64,000 nt of DNA from an uncultured Verrucomicrobiae bacterium (GTDB lineage Bacteria; Verrucomicrobiota; Verrucomicrobiia; Limisphaerales; UBA11358), in contig CAVXQV010000009.1 of the NCBI GenBank assembly GCA_963764035.1, forward strand, positions 177,939 to 241,938, given 5' to 3'. Below, piece by piece: positions 30,466 to 41,500 of this stretch; position 1 is the stretch's first letter; the number at the start of each line of letters is the position of its first letter. Both the position numbers and the translations under genes were made by a program. Under the pieces are notes generated by a model. That model was not told the origin of the DNA. It saw nothing but the letters and a program-made list of their open reading frames with translations, and searched no databases.

Positions 30466-33400
30466 ATGATGCGCTGTGTTTTTGCCGCGTTGATTGGTGG
30501 TTATTTTGGCTCCGTCACACTGCTGATGTCCGGGCTGTGTTCACCGGCAAACGCCGCGGAAGCCTCGCCCCGTGAAATATCTCCCGCCGGACGCCCCACC
30601 GACGCCTTCCAACCTGTTTCAGGGGGCGGGCCTTTGGAACCGCCGGCGTTGCTCACCAATTTGGTCCAGCTTAGGCATTGCGCCGAACACAGACCGTTGG
30701 TTTTGCATCCCTTCCGCATCGTGGCGGATGTCCTGGACGCGGATCCCGGGAGCGGCGTGCTGGCGCTGCGGGATGTGTCCGGCGTTGAGTTCCTTCAACT
30801 TGATCTGCGCGGCCAAAATATCGAACCCGGAGCGAAGATTTGCCTGGAAGGAAGCGGATGTGGCGTGAAGCCGAGAGGCTTCGGACTGGCCATCGTCCCG
30901 GGAATGGTTGTTGATAACGACGGCGTTCATACCATGACCGTTGAAGCGGGCGAAGTGTTTCTCCCTGCGGGCGTCAATCCGATCGGAGTTCAATGGTTTA
31001 ACCGCCGCAACGATTACGGGTTGAGCGTGGAGTATCAGGGGCCGAACCTGCCGCGCCAGGCGATCCCCGGCTCCGTTCTTTCGCGGGCAAACAAGGAACC
31101 GGCGGCCGGCGGCGCCAATTATTTGGCCGGGCTGGATTACCGGGCCTATGAAGGGGTCTGGGCACGTCTGCCGGATTTTGCCAAACTTCAGCCGGTAAAA
31201 GCCGGTGTTGCGACGAATTTTGACCTCGCCGGCCGGACACGCAACGAAAACGTGGGACTGGAATTCAAGGGCTACATCAACATTCCAGAAGACGGCAATT
31301 ACACGTTCTACACCACGTCCGACGACGGGAGCCGGTTGTTTATCGGGGAGTCTTCCCTGAATGTTTCTGTGTTGAGCCACGGATCCGTGCCACCGATGGC
31401 CGAGGCGCTGCCGGCAACCCGCGTGGACCGGAGCAGCCGTCCCTGGGTGACGCTCGAAGGAAAAGTTGATTTCGCAGGTGTTCGGGAAGCCGGCGGAGAA
31501 CTACAAATACGGATCGGAAACGAGGACGTTCAGGTGGAAATATTTGAGAGCGGCGGGGTCGCGCCGAACATTCCGCTGAACACCAAAGTTCGCGTTTCCG
31601 GGCTTTATCAAGAGGTCGTCACCGAAGACGGCCCGCGGGTTCCGGGGATGTTGCTAGTTTCGGGCTGGCAGGCCGTCCACACCGCGCCCCCCTTGGAACC
31701 AGACATCTCCAAGGCGGGGAGTGATCAGGAGACAACGAACCCGCTGATGGGGCAAACGGCATCCGTGGCGGCCACCTTTCCGACAATTACGACCGCGGCG
31801 GAAATCAAGGCGCTCCCCGACGAAATGGCCAGGCAGCGGCTCCCCGTTTCCATTCGCGGAGTGGTAACGGCCATTCTTCCAAATTTTCTCCACGGCGCGG
31901 TCGTCCAGGATTCCACAAAAGGGGTCTTCGTCTCCCTGCAAGGCCTGAAAGATCCCGCGCCTTTGCAGCGGGGGGAGTATTGCCAGATTGAAGGCGTTGC
32001 CGGTCCGGGGGATTTTGCGCCACTGGTCATTGCCCGCCGCATCACGCACCTGGGAGCCGGTCAAATGCCCCAGCCGGTGCGCCCGACCTGGGATCAGTTG
32101 TTCAATGGCAGCCTCGACACCCAGTATGCCGAGATTGAAGGGGTGGTGAGCGCGATCCACGACCAACGAATCGAGATGCTGACCGCCAACGGGAAAATTA
32201 CACTGGAACTCAACGACTTTCAGTCGGAAGACCTCGCAAGTTACGAAAATGACCTGGTGCGGATTCGGGGTTGCGCCTTTGCCTTCTTCAACACGCAAAC
32301 TCGCGAGCTGGATGCCGGTTCGCTCCGCATCCTCGGCGGGGCGGTGGATGTCCTTCAGCCGGCGCCGCGCGACCTTTTTGACGCGCCGCAAAAAAACCTC
32401 GGCGAGCTTTTGCTCTTCGATCCCAAAGCGGCGCCGTTCCACCGGTTAAAGGTCAGCGCCCAGGTGATTCACGGCCGCGCCGGAGATTATTTTCTGACCG
32501 ACGGCACCAACGGTCTGCACGTGACGGCCAGTTATTTGGACCCTCTCCCCCATTCACCCCTCTCACGGCAGGCAAATTGGGAGACTAATCAGGCCGGTTC
32601 TTTTGCCGCCGGCGATTTGGTGGAGGCCGCTGGCTTTCTCGATTTGGGCGGCGCGGCTGCCGAACTCAAGGAAGCGGTCATGCGCAAAACCGGCCATGCC
32701 GCCCTGCCCCCGCCCAAAAAACTGGCCCCCGAACAAATGCTTTTGGCCCGCCAAGCCGGCATGCTGGTCCAGGTGGAGGCCACCTTGATGAACCAGTGGC
32801 GCGAAGGCTCCGAGTCCGTGCTCGAACTGCAGTCCGGATACCTCGCGTTCAAGGCGCGGGTCGGCGATCATGGCCGGGCGATTTCGTTGCCGCCTTCCGG
32901 GAGCCATTTGGAGTTGTCCGGCGTCTATGTGCCCCAAGGCAGCGGTCTCCGTGGCGGCGCTGTCAACGGTTTTGAACTGCTGCTGGACTCGCCGTCGGAC
33001 ATTCGCGTTCTGGAAACTCCGCCGTGGTGGACGATCCAACGCGTGCTCGTGCTCGTGGGCCTGCTGGCCGCGCTGCTCGGCGCCGTTTTGCTCTGGAACA
33101 AGGAACTCCAGCGGAAGGTCCAGGAGCGCGGCCGCCAGTTGGAACTGGAAGTTCACCATCGCCGGCAGGCCGAATGGCAGCAAGCCGCCGAAGCGGAGCG
33201 CTCGCGCATCGCCCGCGACCTGCACGACGAACTGGGCACCGGCCTCACCGAGGTCAGTTTGCTCGCCGGCACGGGCGCGGGTGGATCCGGCGAGACGGGG
33301 AACCAGGATGGCCGGCTGCGAGTCATCGCGGAGAAGGCCCGCGCGCTCGTTTCCGGGCTGGATGTCATTGTGTGGGCGATTGACCCAAAGCGCAATTCGC

Positions 33401-33891
33401 TGCAGTCATTCGCCGATTATCTTGGACGGTATGCCACGGAGCTTTTCTCCGCGTCGCACATCGTTTGCCGCTTCCAGATTCCCATCGAGTGCCAAGCGGT
33501 CGCACTGTCCGAGGCGGCGCGGCACAGCCTCTTCCTCGCCGTCAAGGAAGCCTTGAACAATGTCATCCGCCACGCCGCGGCAACCGAAGTGAAGTTGCAA
33601 TTGACGCAGGCCGGTTCTTTCGACCCCCTCCCCCTTCACCCCCCCTCACCGCAGGCAAATTGGGTGAGGGGGGAAGCCGGAAGGGGGGAGAGGGTGACGA
33701 ATGATTGCCTCGAAATCGTGGTTGCCGACAACGGACGTGGTTTTGATTTGAACACAGTCCGTCGTGGCAACGGCCTGACGAACCTCCAGGAACGGTTGAA
33801 AGCGCTCAACGGCGAGTGTCGCATCGAGTCGCAAGCCGGAAAAGGAACAACCATCAAATTCACCATCCCCATGCCACGCGACTCGAATTAG
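30466..33891 (+). CDS. Sensor histidine kinase (HisKA_3) with large extracytoplasmic region containing PA14 domains
   Basis: PA14 motifs VVDNDGVH and FKGYINIPEDGNYTFYTTSDDGSRLFIG; TM after PPWWT; ERSRIARDLHDELG; KEALNNVIRHA; DNGRGF, GNGL, GKGT. Confidence 0.92.
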   Translation: MMRCVFAALIGGYFGSVTLLMSGLCSPANAAEASPREISPAGRPTDAFQPVSGGGPLEPPALLTNLVQLRHCAEHRPLVLHPFRIVADVLDADPGSGVLALRDVSGVEFLQLDLRGQNIEPGAKICLEGSGCGVKPRGFGLAIVPGMVVDNDGVHTMTVEAGEVFLPAGVNPIGVQWFNRRNDYGLSVEYQGPNLPRQAIPGSVLSRANKEPAAGGANYLAGLDYRAYEGVWARLPDFAKLQPVKAGVATNFDLAGRTRNENVGLEFKGYINIPEDGNYTFYTTSDDGSRLFIGESSLNVSVLSHGSVPPMAEALPATRVDRSSRPWVTLEGKVDFAGVREAGGELQIRIGNEDVQVEIFESGGVAPNIPLNTKVRVSGLYQEVVTEDGPRVPGMLLVSGWQAVHTAPPLEPDISKAGSDQETTNPLMGQTASVAATFPTITTAAEIKALPDEMARQRLPVSIRGVVTAILPNFLHGAVVQDSTKGVFVSLQGLKDPAPLQRGEYCQIEGVAGPGDFAPLVIARRITHLGAGQMPQPVRPTWDQLFNGSLDTQYAEIEGVVSAIHDQRIEMLTANGKITLELNDFQSEDLASYENDLVRIRGCAFAFFNTQTRELDAGSLRILGGAVDVLQPAPRDLFDAPQKNLGELLLFDPKAAPFHRLKVSAQVIHGRAGDYFLTDGTNGLHVTASYLDPLPHSPLSRQANWETNQAGSFAAGDLVEAAGFLDLGGAAAELKEAVMRKTGHAALPPPKKLAPEQMLLARQAGMLVQVEATLMNQWREGSESVLELQSGYLAFKARVGDHGRAISLPPSGSHLELSGVYVPQGSGLRGGAVNGFELLLDSPSDIRVLETPPWWTIQRVLVLVGLLAALLGAVLLWNKELQRKVQERGRQLELEVHHRRQAEWQQAAEAERSRIARDLHDELGTGLTEVSLLAGTGAGGSGETGNQDGRLRVIAEKARALVSGLDVIVWAIDPKRNSLQSFADYLGRYATELFSASHIVCRFQIPIECQAVALSEAARHSLFLAVKEALNNVIRHAAATEVKLQLTQAGSFDPLPLHPPSPQANWVRGEAGRGERVTNDCLEIVVADNGRGFDLNTVRRGNGLTNLQERLKALNGECRIESQAGKGTTIKFTIPMPRDSN
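32539..32603. repeat. In-frame intragenic copy of the C-rich palindromic element (half copy)
   Basis: gaccctctcccccattcacccctctcacggcaggcaaattggg...caggccggttcttt, near-identical to 33607-33664. Confidence 0.7.
33607..33695. repeat. In-frame intragenic palindromic element within the HATPase domain
   Basis: ccccctcccccttc...ccccctcacc-gcaggcaaatt-gggtgagggggg...gaaggggggagaggg hairpin, translated as GSFDPLPLHPPSPQANWVRGEAGRGERV. Confidence 0.75.
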
Positions 33892-33925
33892 TTCGACCAT
33901 GCCTGACGGGATTTAACGCCATCAT

Positions 33926-34549
33926 ATGACCACCATTGCCATCATCGAAGACAACGACACGATGCGCCACACGCTCGTGGAGCTGGTCAATCAGACCCCC
34001 GGATGCCGTTGTGTGTGCGCGTGCCCGAATTCCACGGAGGCGCTCATCGAGGTGCCGAAGCATCAGCCGGACGTCGCGTTGATGGACATCCATCTGCCGG
34101 ATGAATCGGGCATCGCCTGCACGGCGCGATTGACCGCTAAACTGCCCGATCTTCAGGTCATCATGGTGACGGTTTACGCGGACACCGAACTCATCTTGCA
34201 GGCGCTCAAAGCCGGCGCGTGCGGATACATTCTGAAGCGTTTCCGGCCCGAAGAGATCATTGAAGCCATTGCCGAGGTGCGCGCCGGCGGCGCGCCCATG
34301 ACCCCCGAAATTGCCCGCATGCTGGTGCGATCCTTCCGTTCACCTTCAGCCACGTCCAATGCCGATGGATTGACGGCGCGTGAGGCGGAGATTTTGCATC
34401 TGCTGACCGAAGGACTATCGAACAAGGAAATCGCGCAGAAGACGAACATTGCGACCGGGACGGTTCGCAATCATTTGGCGAACATCTTCAGGAAACTTCA
34501 CGTTCGCTGCCGGACCGAGGCCGCCGCCAAATACCTGCGTGCCAAATAG
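33926..34549 (+). CDS. NarL/LuxR-family response regulator
   Basis: IIEDN...PDVALMDIHLP...GACGYILK receiver; LTAREAEIL..LTEGLSNKEIA...TVRNHLANIFRKL HTH. Confidence 0.95.
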   Translation: MTTIAIIEDNDTMRHTLVELVNQTPGCRCVCACPNSTEALIEVPKHQPDVALMDIHLPDESGIACTARLTAKLPDLQVIMVTVYADTELILQALKAGACGYILKRFRPEEIIEAIAEVRAGGAPMTPEIARMLVRSFRSPSATSNADGLTAREAEILHLLTEGLSNKEIAQKTNIATGTVRNHLANIFRKLHVRCRTEAAAKYLRAK

Positions 34550-34599
34550 AACGGGCAAAGGCCGGCCGACCTGGCTCCGTCTGGCATTATTGCAGAACC

Positions 34600-34615
34600 T
34601 GTGACATATGTCACA
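34600..34615. promoter_or_regulatory. Perfect 16-bp palindrome TGTGACATATGTCACA (CRP-box-like operator)
   Basis: Matches TGTGA-N6-TCACA; about 100 bp upstream of the 34715 gene. Confidence 0.55.
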
Positions 34616-34714
34616 TATACAAGCGGTTCGCATTTGTGCTAATGTTGGTCATCAAATCCCGTTGTGTCCGACGCCTGCGAGCGGCGCATGGCGTTGTGTG
34701 CGACAGAAAGGTGC

Positions 34715-37700
34715 ATGAACAGTCAAACAATCAAAGCGAGCCAGCCTATGAAAAATCCACCAAACGTCCTCTCCCCACGAACCCCCAATACCCGCCCCCG
34801 GCGAAATTTCGGCCATTGGCAACGCCTGCTTGCCGCCAGTCTGACCTTGGGCCTCGCGGCATTCTTGCAAACGGCGCGCGCCAGCATCGTCATCCTGGAT
34901 GATGATTTCAACGATCCCAATAACAATCTGGCCATCAACACCAACGGCATTGGCGGCGGATTTGGCACTTTTACGGCCTCCACCGGGTATACGCGCGAAA
35001 CCAACAGTCTCGGTGTGATTGGCAACACCGGCAATGGCGCGGGCAGGGCGAACATTGCCTCCGTGATGCCCATGGACATCAGCGCAGTCGGCACGCTGTT
35101 TGATTTCCAAAACGTGAGATATACCAATACAGTCGTGGGCGGCGCCCCCCTCACCGACCGGCTTTGTATTGGTGTTCTCGCCACCAATGTGGCTTCGGAT
35201 TGGTTTGAAAGCGCCCAGGCCGGCCTGCCGGGCGGGTTTTATATTGAGCCTAACAGCGAGAGCATCGCCCTCGGCACGGCCAGCCAACTCGCCAATTCCT
35301 ATTGGACCAACCACACCAGTTGTTTGTTCTACAAGGATCCCTACGCAGGCACCGTCACGATTTTGACCAATTGGCAGTTCCAGACCCTGGCGTGGAATGG
35401 CGGCAGTGGCGGCGGCCCCGGCGGTTATGGCACCAACTACTCCCCGGTGCTCGATGTCCAACTCACCCTCTCCGCGACCGCTTGGACGCTCAACATCACC
35501 GGCGACGTCAACACCAACGGCCAGCCGCTTAGCTTCACCAGCACGTATGCCGCCTCCGGCATCAACAATGTCTTCTCGGATGGTATTGACAACGGCTATA
35601 TCGGCACCGAGGTTCAAAGTGAAGGACCTTGCATTCAGCAGACGATTGACCGCATCGTGGTCACCCATTTGGGAAATCTCGTCGTGACCACTCCCAAAAT
35701 CTCGACGCCCGAGTATGGCGGCAACGTCAACACCGTCTTCGCCGGCGAAGTGGTATCGCTTTCTTCTCTGGTAGCGGATTCGTCGGGAACTCCCACTTTG
35801 CAATGGCAACTGGCGGACCTGTCCAACCCCGGCACCTTCACCAATCTTCCCAGCGCGACCACCACGAATCTCAATCTGGACACCAGCGGGCTGGGCGATT
35901 CCCTGCCCCGCGGCATCCGCCTCCTCGCGAACGACGGTATTAATTCGGTCACCAGCGCCGTCGTGACGCTCACCGTCAATCCGGGAACCGTGCCGGTGCT
36001 TTCCCAACCCGTTTCGCCGTCAGTTCTTAGCCTCTATGCCGGCTCGGGCGCGACGTTCCGCGCGGGCTTCACAGGGAACAAGCCCATGACCTACCAATGG
36101 CAGATAAGCCAGGACGAAGCCACGTGGACCAGCATTCCCAACGCGACGAATATTTATTATATCATCGCCAGCGCCGGACCGGGTGACGCCGGCTATTATC
36201 AGGTGGTCGCGTCAAATTCATTTGGCATCACCCGATCCTGGGACGACTCCAGCTCCTCCGGCTACGTGCAAATTTTGCCGGGCACCCCCGCAATCATCTG
36301 GTCCGCGGCCTACCCCATTTCCGGCCTCAAGGCCGAGCAAATCCTGACCAATTTCCCGTCCGCCAATAAAATTGCCGGGGCGTTGGTGGGGGGCACCACC
36401 CAAAGGGCGGTCACCTTGACCAATGCCGGTAATGAGGGGATTGTGTTTGCGAGGGAAGGCTCCACGGCCTGGGCCAACGTCACGGGCGGCAGTGGTTCCA
36501 CCACCGGAGCCAGCACAAACAAGACCGGCAACACCCCCTTCGACACTGTTCTGAACACCAAATATTACGATAACGGCCTCCATACCGTCGTCATGAGCAA
36601 CCTGGTCGTGGGACAACAATACCAGGTGCAGTTGTTTGCGCTGGACACTGGAAGCTCCTATCTCTTGCGGCAAGCAAACTGGCAGAATCCGTCGGACGCC
36701 GCGGACGTCTCTGCCAATTTTGCCATGGGCGACAATAGCTTCATGCTGGGAACATTTACCGCCACCAACGCGGTCCAACCGCTCTGGGAAAACCTGATCG
36801 GTGACGCTGCGACTCCTGGCACTGGAAACTTCAACTGTCTGGTATTGCGCACGGTGGGATGGAACCCGCCGCCTTACTGGCTTAGCCAACCCAGCGCTTT
36901 GGCGGGCAATTACACCGGTGGCAGTGTGAGTTTCTCCGGCAGCGCAGCGGGGGACACGACAATTCCCAGTCCCACGGTTACCTATCAATGGGCGGCTGGT
37001 CCGGCTGGCGGACCCTACACGAATCTCGTGGAGGGCGCCAAATATGTCGGCACGGCCACCAACACCCTCACGGTTACTGGGTTGACCGCCAATGACGCCA
37101 TTACTGCCTATGTGTTGATCGCATCGAACGGCGGCGGCTCAACGACCAGCAGCGTGGCGAACGTCTTTATTGCGGCTCGGCCGCAAACGAATCTGGTGGG
37201 TGAGTGGTTCAACGGATCGGCAAGCCTGGCTGATGTTTCGGGCTTTACGCCGGGAGGCGTGCATGACGGTTACGGCGTCACCGGCGCCGGCGTCCTCACC
37301 AACACCTATACGTTCACGAATGATGTGCCGCCCGGAGCGACCGGCGTGTCACTTTGGCTTACCAACGGCAATACCGCCATCGCCATCGGCAACTCGTCCA
37401 CCTTGGACGGGAGTTACACCAACACATTCGATGACGGCATCAGCAACAGCTTTACCGTCATGTGCTGGGCGAAAGGTTTCCCGGGCACTTGGAACGCGTG
37501 GGTATCCAAGTTTGGTGAGACAACTCCAACTCCTGCCGGCGGCTGGCAGCTCCGCCAATATAGTGCCAGCAGCGATGCGTGCTTCACCATCCGAGGCACG
37601 GGCGCCACGGATGATCCCCAGGGGAGCATCAACAGCAATGACGGCAAATGGCATCACTACGCCGGCACTTACGACGCGGTGACGGGTGTCCGCACCCTGT

Positions 37701-38089
37701 ATGTGGATGGGGTGGTGGCGAACAATCTGACCGGGAACGGAAAATATACGCTGTCGCCGGTGACGCACCTCACGATTGGTGGAAAAGACCAACCGACCGG
37801 CAACAACTTCACCGGCTATTACACCGGCATCATCTACGACGTGCGCATCTACAGCTACGCGCTTACCCGATCCCAAGTCGGCACTGTGGGGCACATCCCG
37901 CCGCCCGTGACGAAGCAAGTCTCGCCGGCCGCCGGCGGCGTCCCTGGCAAGCTGGTGATGACGTGGCCTTGGGGGACGCTGCTCGAAGCCACGAATGTCG
38001 TCGGCCCGTGGAACACAACGACGAACACATCGCCTTTCACGAACCTCATGACGTTGCCATCAGACTTCTTCAAGGTGTCAAATCCGTAA
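34715..38089 (+). CDS. Large secreted Ig-like / LamG-like protein with C-terminal module (paralog 1)
   Basis: Signal region ending ARA; Ig YQWQ...DAGYYQVVASNSFG; LamG FTVMCWAKG...WHHYAGTYD...LYVDG...IYDVRIYSYALT. Start could be 34715 or 34748. Confidence 0.85.
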   Translation: MNSQTIKASQPMKNPPNVLSPRTPNTRPRRNFGHWQRLLAASLTLGLAAFLQTARASIVILDDDFNDPNNNLAINTNGIGGGFGTFTASTGYTRETNSLGVIGNTGNGAGRANIASVMPMDISAVGTLFDFQNVRYTNTVVGGAPLTDRLCIGVLATNVASDWFESAQAGLPGGFYIEPNSESIALGTASQLANSYWTNHTSCLFYKDPYAGTVTILTNWQFQTLAWNGGSGGGPGGYGTNYSPVLDVQLTLSATAWTLNITGDVNTNGQPLSFTSTYAASGINNVFSDGIDNGYIGTEVQSEGPCIQQTIDRIVVTHLGNLVVTTPKISTPEYGGNVNTVFAGEVVSLSSLVADSSGTPTLQWQLADLSNPGTFTNLPSATTTNLNLDTSGLGDSLPRGIRLLANDGINSVTSAVVTLTVNPGTVPVLSQPVSPSVLSLYAGSGATFRAGFTGNKPMTYQWQISQDEATWTSIPNATNIYYIIASAGPGDAGYYQVVASNSFGITRSWDDSSSSGYVQILPGTPAIIWSAAYPISGLKAEQILTNFPSANKIAGALVGGTTQRAVTLTNAGNEGIVFAREGSTAWANVTGGSGSTTGASTNKTGNTPFDTVLNTKYYDNGLHTVVMSNLVVGQQYQVQLFALDTGSSYLLRQANWQNPSDAADVSANFAMGDNSFMLGTFTATNAVQPLWENLIGDAATPGTGNFNCLVLRTVGWNPPPYWLSQPSALAGNYTGGSVSFSGSAAGDTTIPSPTVTYQWAAGPAGGPYTNLVEGAKYVGTATNTLTVTGLTANDAITAYVLIASNGGGSTTSSVANVFIAARPQTNLVGEWFNGSASLADVSGFTPGGVHDGYGVTGAGVLTNTYTFTNDVPPGATGVSLWLTNGNTAIAIGNSSTLDGSYTNTFDDGISNSFTVMCWAKGFPGTWNAWVSKFGETTPTPAGGWQLRQYSASSDACFTIRGTGATDDPQGSINSNDGKWHHYAGTYDAVTGVRTLYVDGVVANNLTGNGKYTLSPVTHLTIGGKDQPTGNNFTGYYTGIIYDVRIYSYALTRSQVGTVGHIPPPVTKQVSPAAGGVPGKLVMTWPWGTLLEATNVVGPWNTTTNTSPFTNLMTLPSDFFKVSNP

Positions 38090-38163
38090 CGACGAAGTCA
38101 TTAAACATTTCCGGTCGAATCCGTGGGTGGGTTTGAGACTGGGATTGGGGCAGGAACAAAATC

Positions 38164-38196
38164 GAGGCAGAGGGTCATACCTCTGCCTCTTTTTTT
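38164..38196 (+). terminator. Rho-independent terminator
   Basis: gaggcagagg-gtcata-cctctgcctc followed by T7. Confidence 0.85.
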
Positions 38197-38566
38197 ATCA
38201 TCTTGCAGGGAAACGCTTTGAGGCGGGTGATTGAATTGAAAACAACGCACTTTTCCGCCTCAAAGCAGCGGCGATGCACCCACGCCGCCTCATCCTCTGC
38301 GCAGGGGGATTTGCGCTTCACATTGTGAATTTGTGAAATTTGTCGTTGACAGAGCGGGCTGGAAATGGTAGTGCCTTATTAGTAACCCGATTGGAGACCA
38401 TTAACAAAGGCAACTGCGCCATGTCTTGTCCAATTAAGACCGCATTAAGAGCGTTTCGCGCCCGCCCCGCTTTTTCGCTTCGGGTTCTCCCGGCCGCAGG
38501 CGGGAAACGTGATGTAATTTCGCAGGCGGTTATTTCGTCCACATAAACCAAACCAAATCCAAGCCT

Positions 38567-41500
38567 ATGAACACATCAAACCCAATCGTGCCTGATCCAA
38601 CCCAATCGCAGCCTGTGCAAAGCCGGCGGCCAGGTTTTCCATGTTCGCTGATGAGGCGCTGGCGCGTCCTTTTGTTGAGCGCCCTGGTGCTGCGGCTGGT
38701 TTGCGGATCGGCATCGGCGCAACTGGTCAATGTGCTGGACCGGACTAACGGTGTATTTACCCCTGCTTCCAACGTCGGCACCATAACAACCTTCGAATCA
38801 GGTTTGGATCCCAACGCGAACGTGCTGGTTGTGGGACTGTATAGCGACAACAGCAGCACCTATACCAGCGTTACGTTTGGAGGGGTTGCGCCAAGCGGAT
38901 TTATGAATAATTCAGGGAATAGCCGCGCGGCTGTGGCCTACTGGTTTAACCCGAGCACCGCCGCCGGTCAGGACTTGGTGGTCAATTACATTTCCCCCAA
39001 TCAAGGATATTATTGGGCCTACCAGCTTTCCGGTGTCAATACCAATGTTCCCGTCTTGCAAAATGCCGCAACCACGTTGTTCGCGACCACCACCAGTTTG
39101 ACCACGACGAATTATAACACACTCATCATCAGCTTCTTCAGCGTGAACAATGCCGCCAGTCCCAATACTCTTAACTCTTTGACACCCAACCCTCCATTGA
39201 TCCAGAGCGGTTCGACAATCGGTAACGCTTCAGCCGGTGCCTCGATGGCTGCCGCTACGAACAATATTTTCCTGCCGGGGCTGCAAACGATCTCTTGGAA
39301 TGCCCTAAACCCGCCCGGCACCGCCAATGCAGGTCTGGCGGCCCTTGGGTTCGTTGCGGGGCAGCCGGGAGCACCAGCGGTGATCGCTTCGGCAAATCCT
39401 TCCGGCAATGCGTCCTCACTAAATTTCACTGTAACGGCCACCATCTATCCCGGCATTGGGAACGTGACGAACGTCAGCGTGGACTTGACCCCCATCGGCG
39501 GATCTGCGGTGAACAACTTGGTCCAGTCATCCAATCCAAATGTTTGGACAAATTCTCTCACTGTCCCCGATGGCGCTCCCATTGGCCCCACAAGCCTCAC
39601 GGTGACGGCAACGCAAGACACGGCACCGCTCGAGGGCTCCGGTCCTTTGCAGTTCACCGTGCTCGCGCCAACGGCGCCAACGATTGTTCAAGATACGTCA
39701 CCGACCAACCTGTTTTACATGTATGCCGGCCAGGGAGTGAGATTCTCGGCGTATTTCACTGGCCCCGGAACCGTCACCAACCAGTGGCAGTTTAGCCCGG
39801 ACGGTTTAACATACACCGACATCCCGGGCGCGACGAACAACACATATACCGTCCCCAGCGCTCAAATGGGTGATGCAGGGTATTACCAGCTCCAAGCGTC
39901 GGACTCATTTGGATCCACGGTATCCACCTACACTTATGTCACCGTGGATGATGCTTCCACCGCCCTCTACATCTGGTCCGCGCCCATCCCCTTCGCCGGC
40001 CTCACCGCCGAACAAATCCTGACCAATTTCCCGGCGGGTGATAAAATCGCCGGGGCGATGGTGGCGCAAAACGGCGGCAGCCCGATCACCGTCGTGTTGA
40101 CCAACGCCAACAACCAGCCGGTTGTGTTTGCGGGGGCGGGCAACTGGGCCTCGCTCTCGGGAGGCACCCTCTACTCGACGGGCATCAACACCAACAAGAG
40201 CGGCAATTCCAGCTTTGACTCCGTGTTGAACCGCGCCTATTCCGGCGCCGCCGCCGCCCCCAACAACTTCCAAACCCTCGCGTTGAGCGGTCTGTTGGTC
40301 GGGTATCAATACCAAGTGCAGTTGTTTGCCTTGAACGATCAGCTCCCCAGTCCGGCTTATGTGGACTTTGCGGACCCGCTGGACCCCAACCAAATCACCT
40401 CGCAGACTTTTGGCATGGCGGACAATGCCTACCTGCTGGGGACATTTACCGCCACCAACACCGTGATGACGATTCAAATGAACATCCCCAGCACAGTTGG
40501 GAACATCAACAGTGCGGTGTTGCGGACGGTCGGCTGGGATCCGCCGCCTTACTTTACCCTGCAGCCGGCGAACACCCAGGGTTTTCTCGGGACCAACGTG
40601 GCGCTCTCCGGCAGCGCCGCGGGGGATTCCACGATTGCCAATCCCGCGATTACTTATCAATGGGCGGCCGGACCAGATGGCGGAACATACACGGATCTTG
40701 TGGAGGGCAACAAATACGCCGGGGTGACGACGGCGACCCTGACCATCAGCAACTTGGTCAGCACCGATGGTGATATGGTCTATGTGCTAAAGGCGATGGA
40801 CAGCGGGGGAACGGCGACGAGCCGGGAAGCAACGTTGTTGGCGCAAGCTCCGCTGGTTCTGCCGCCGGCCAACAGTTTCGGGGGAGCGGTGCTGGCCTTG
40901 ACCACCAATCGTCTGGTTGGTTTCTGGCAGTTGAATGAAACCAACGATCCTTCCACCGGGCTTCTGGTTGCCATTGACGCCAGCACCAACAAACACTCCG
41001 GGAAATATGGGAACAATGCGCATAATGCCTTTAACGGCGTGCTGGCGCCCCAGCCTCCGCTCTACGCTGGATTCGCCACCAACCAGGGTGCGCTGCAAAC
41101 GGCAGTGGGCGGCACCGCCGATGCCAATTCCATTGTCAACCTGCCGCCTTTGAATGCAACGAATGGCGTTAACACCACCATTTGCATGTGGATCAACCCC
41201 TCGGCGGTTGCGCCAGCGAACGCCGGTTTGATCTATAACCGCAGTTCCGTTGACCAATGTGGCATCCAGTTTGGAGGGACCACGGGTGGTGATAGCGGCC
41301 AGCGCAATTTGACTGCCTTTTGGGCCAACGCCAACGGTGAGGCGACTTATAATTTCAACACGGGCCTCTTTCCGGCCAACAACACCTGGAACTTCATTGT
41401 GCTGGTGGTGCGAACCAATGCGATGACCTACTACCTTGATTATGTGGATGCCAACGGCGTGGCCCATCTGCAAAAGTCTGCGGATACCGCTTCCCGATAC

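Noticed and set aside
38300..38560. Possible riboswitch or ncRNA in the leader of the 38567 gene
   Set aside because: Only a short imperfect palindrome (ttcacattgtgaa) and GC-rich stretches; no recognisable conserved RNA motif.
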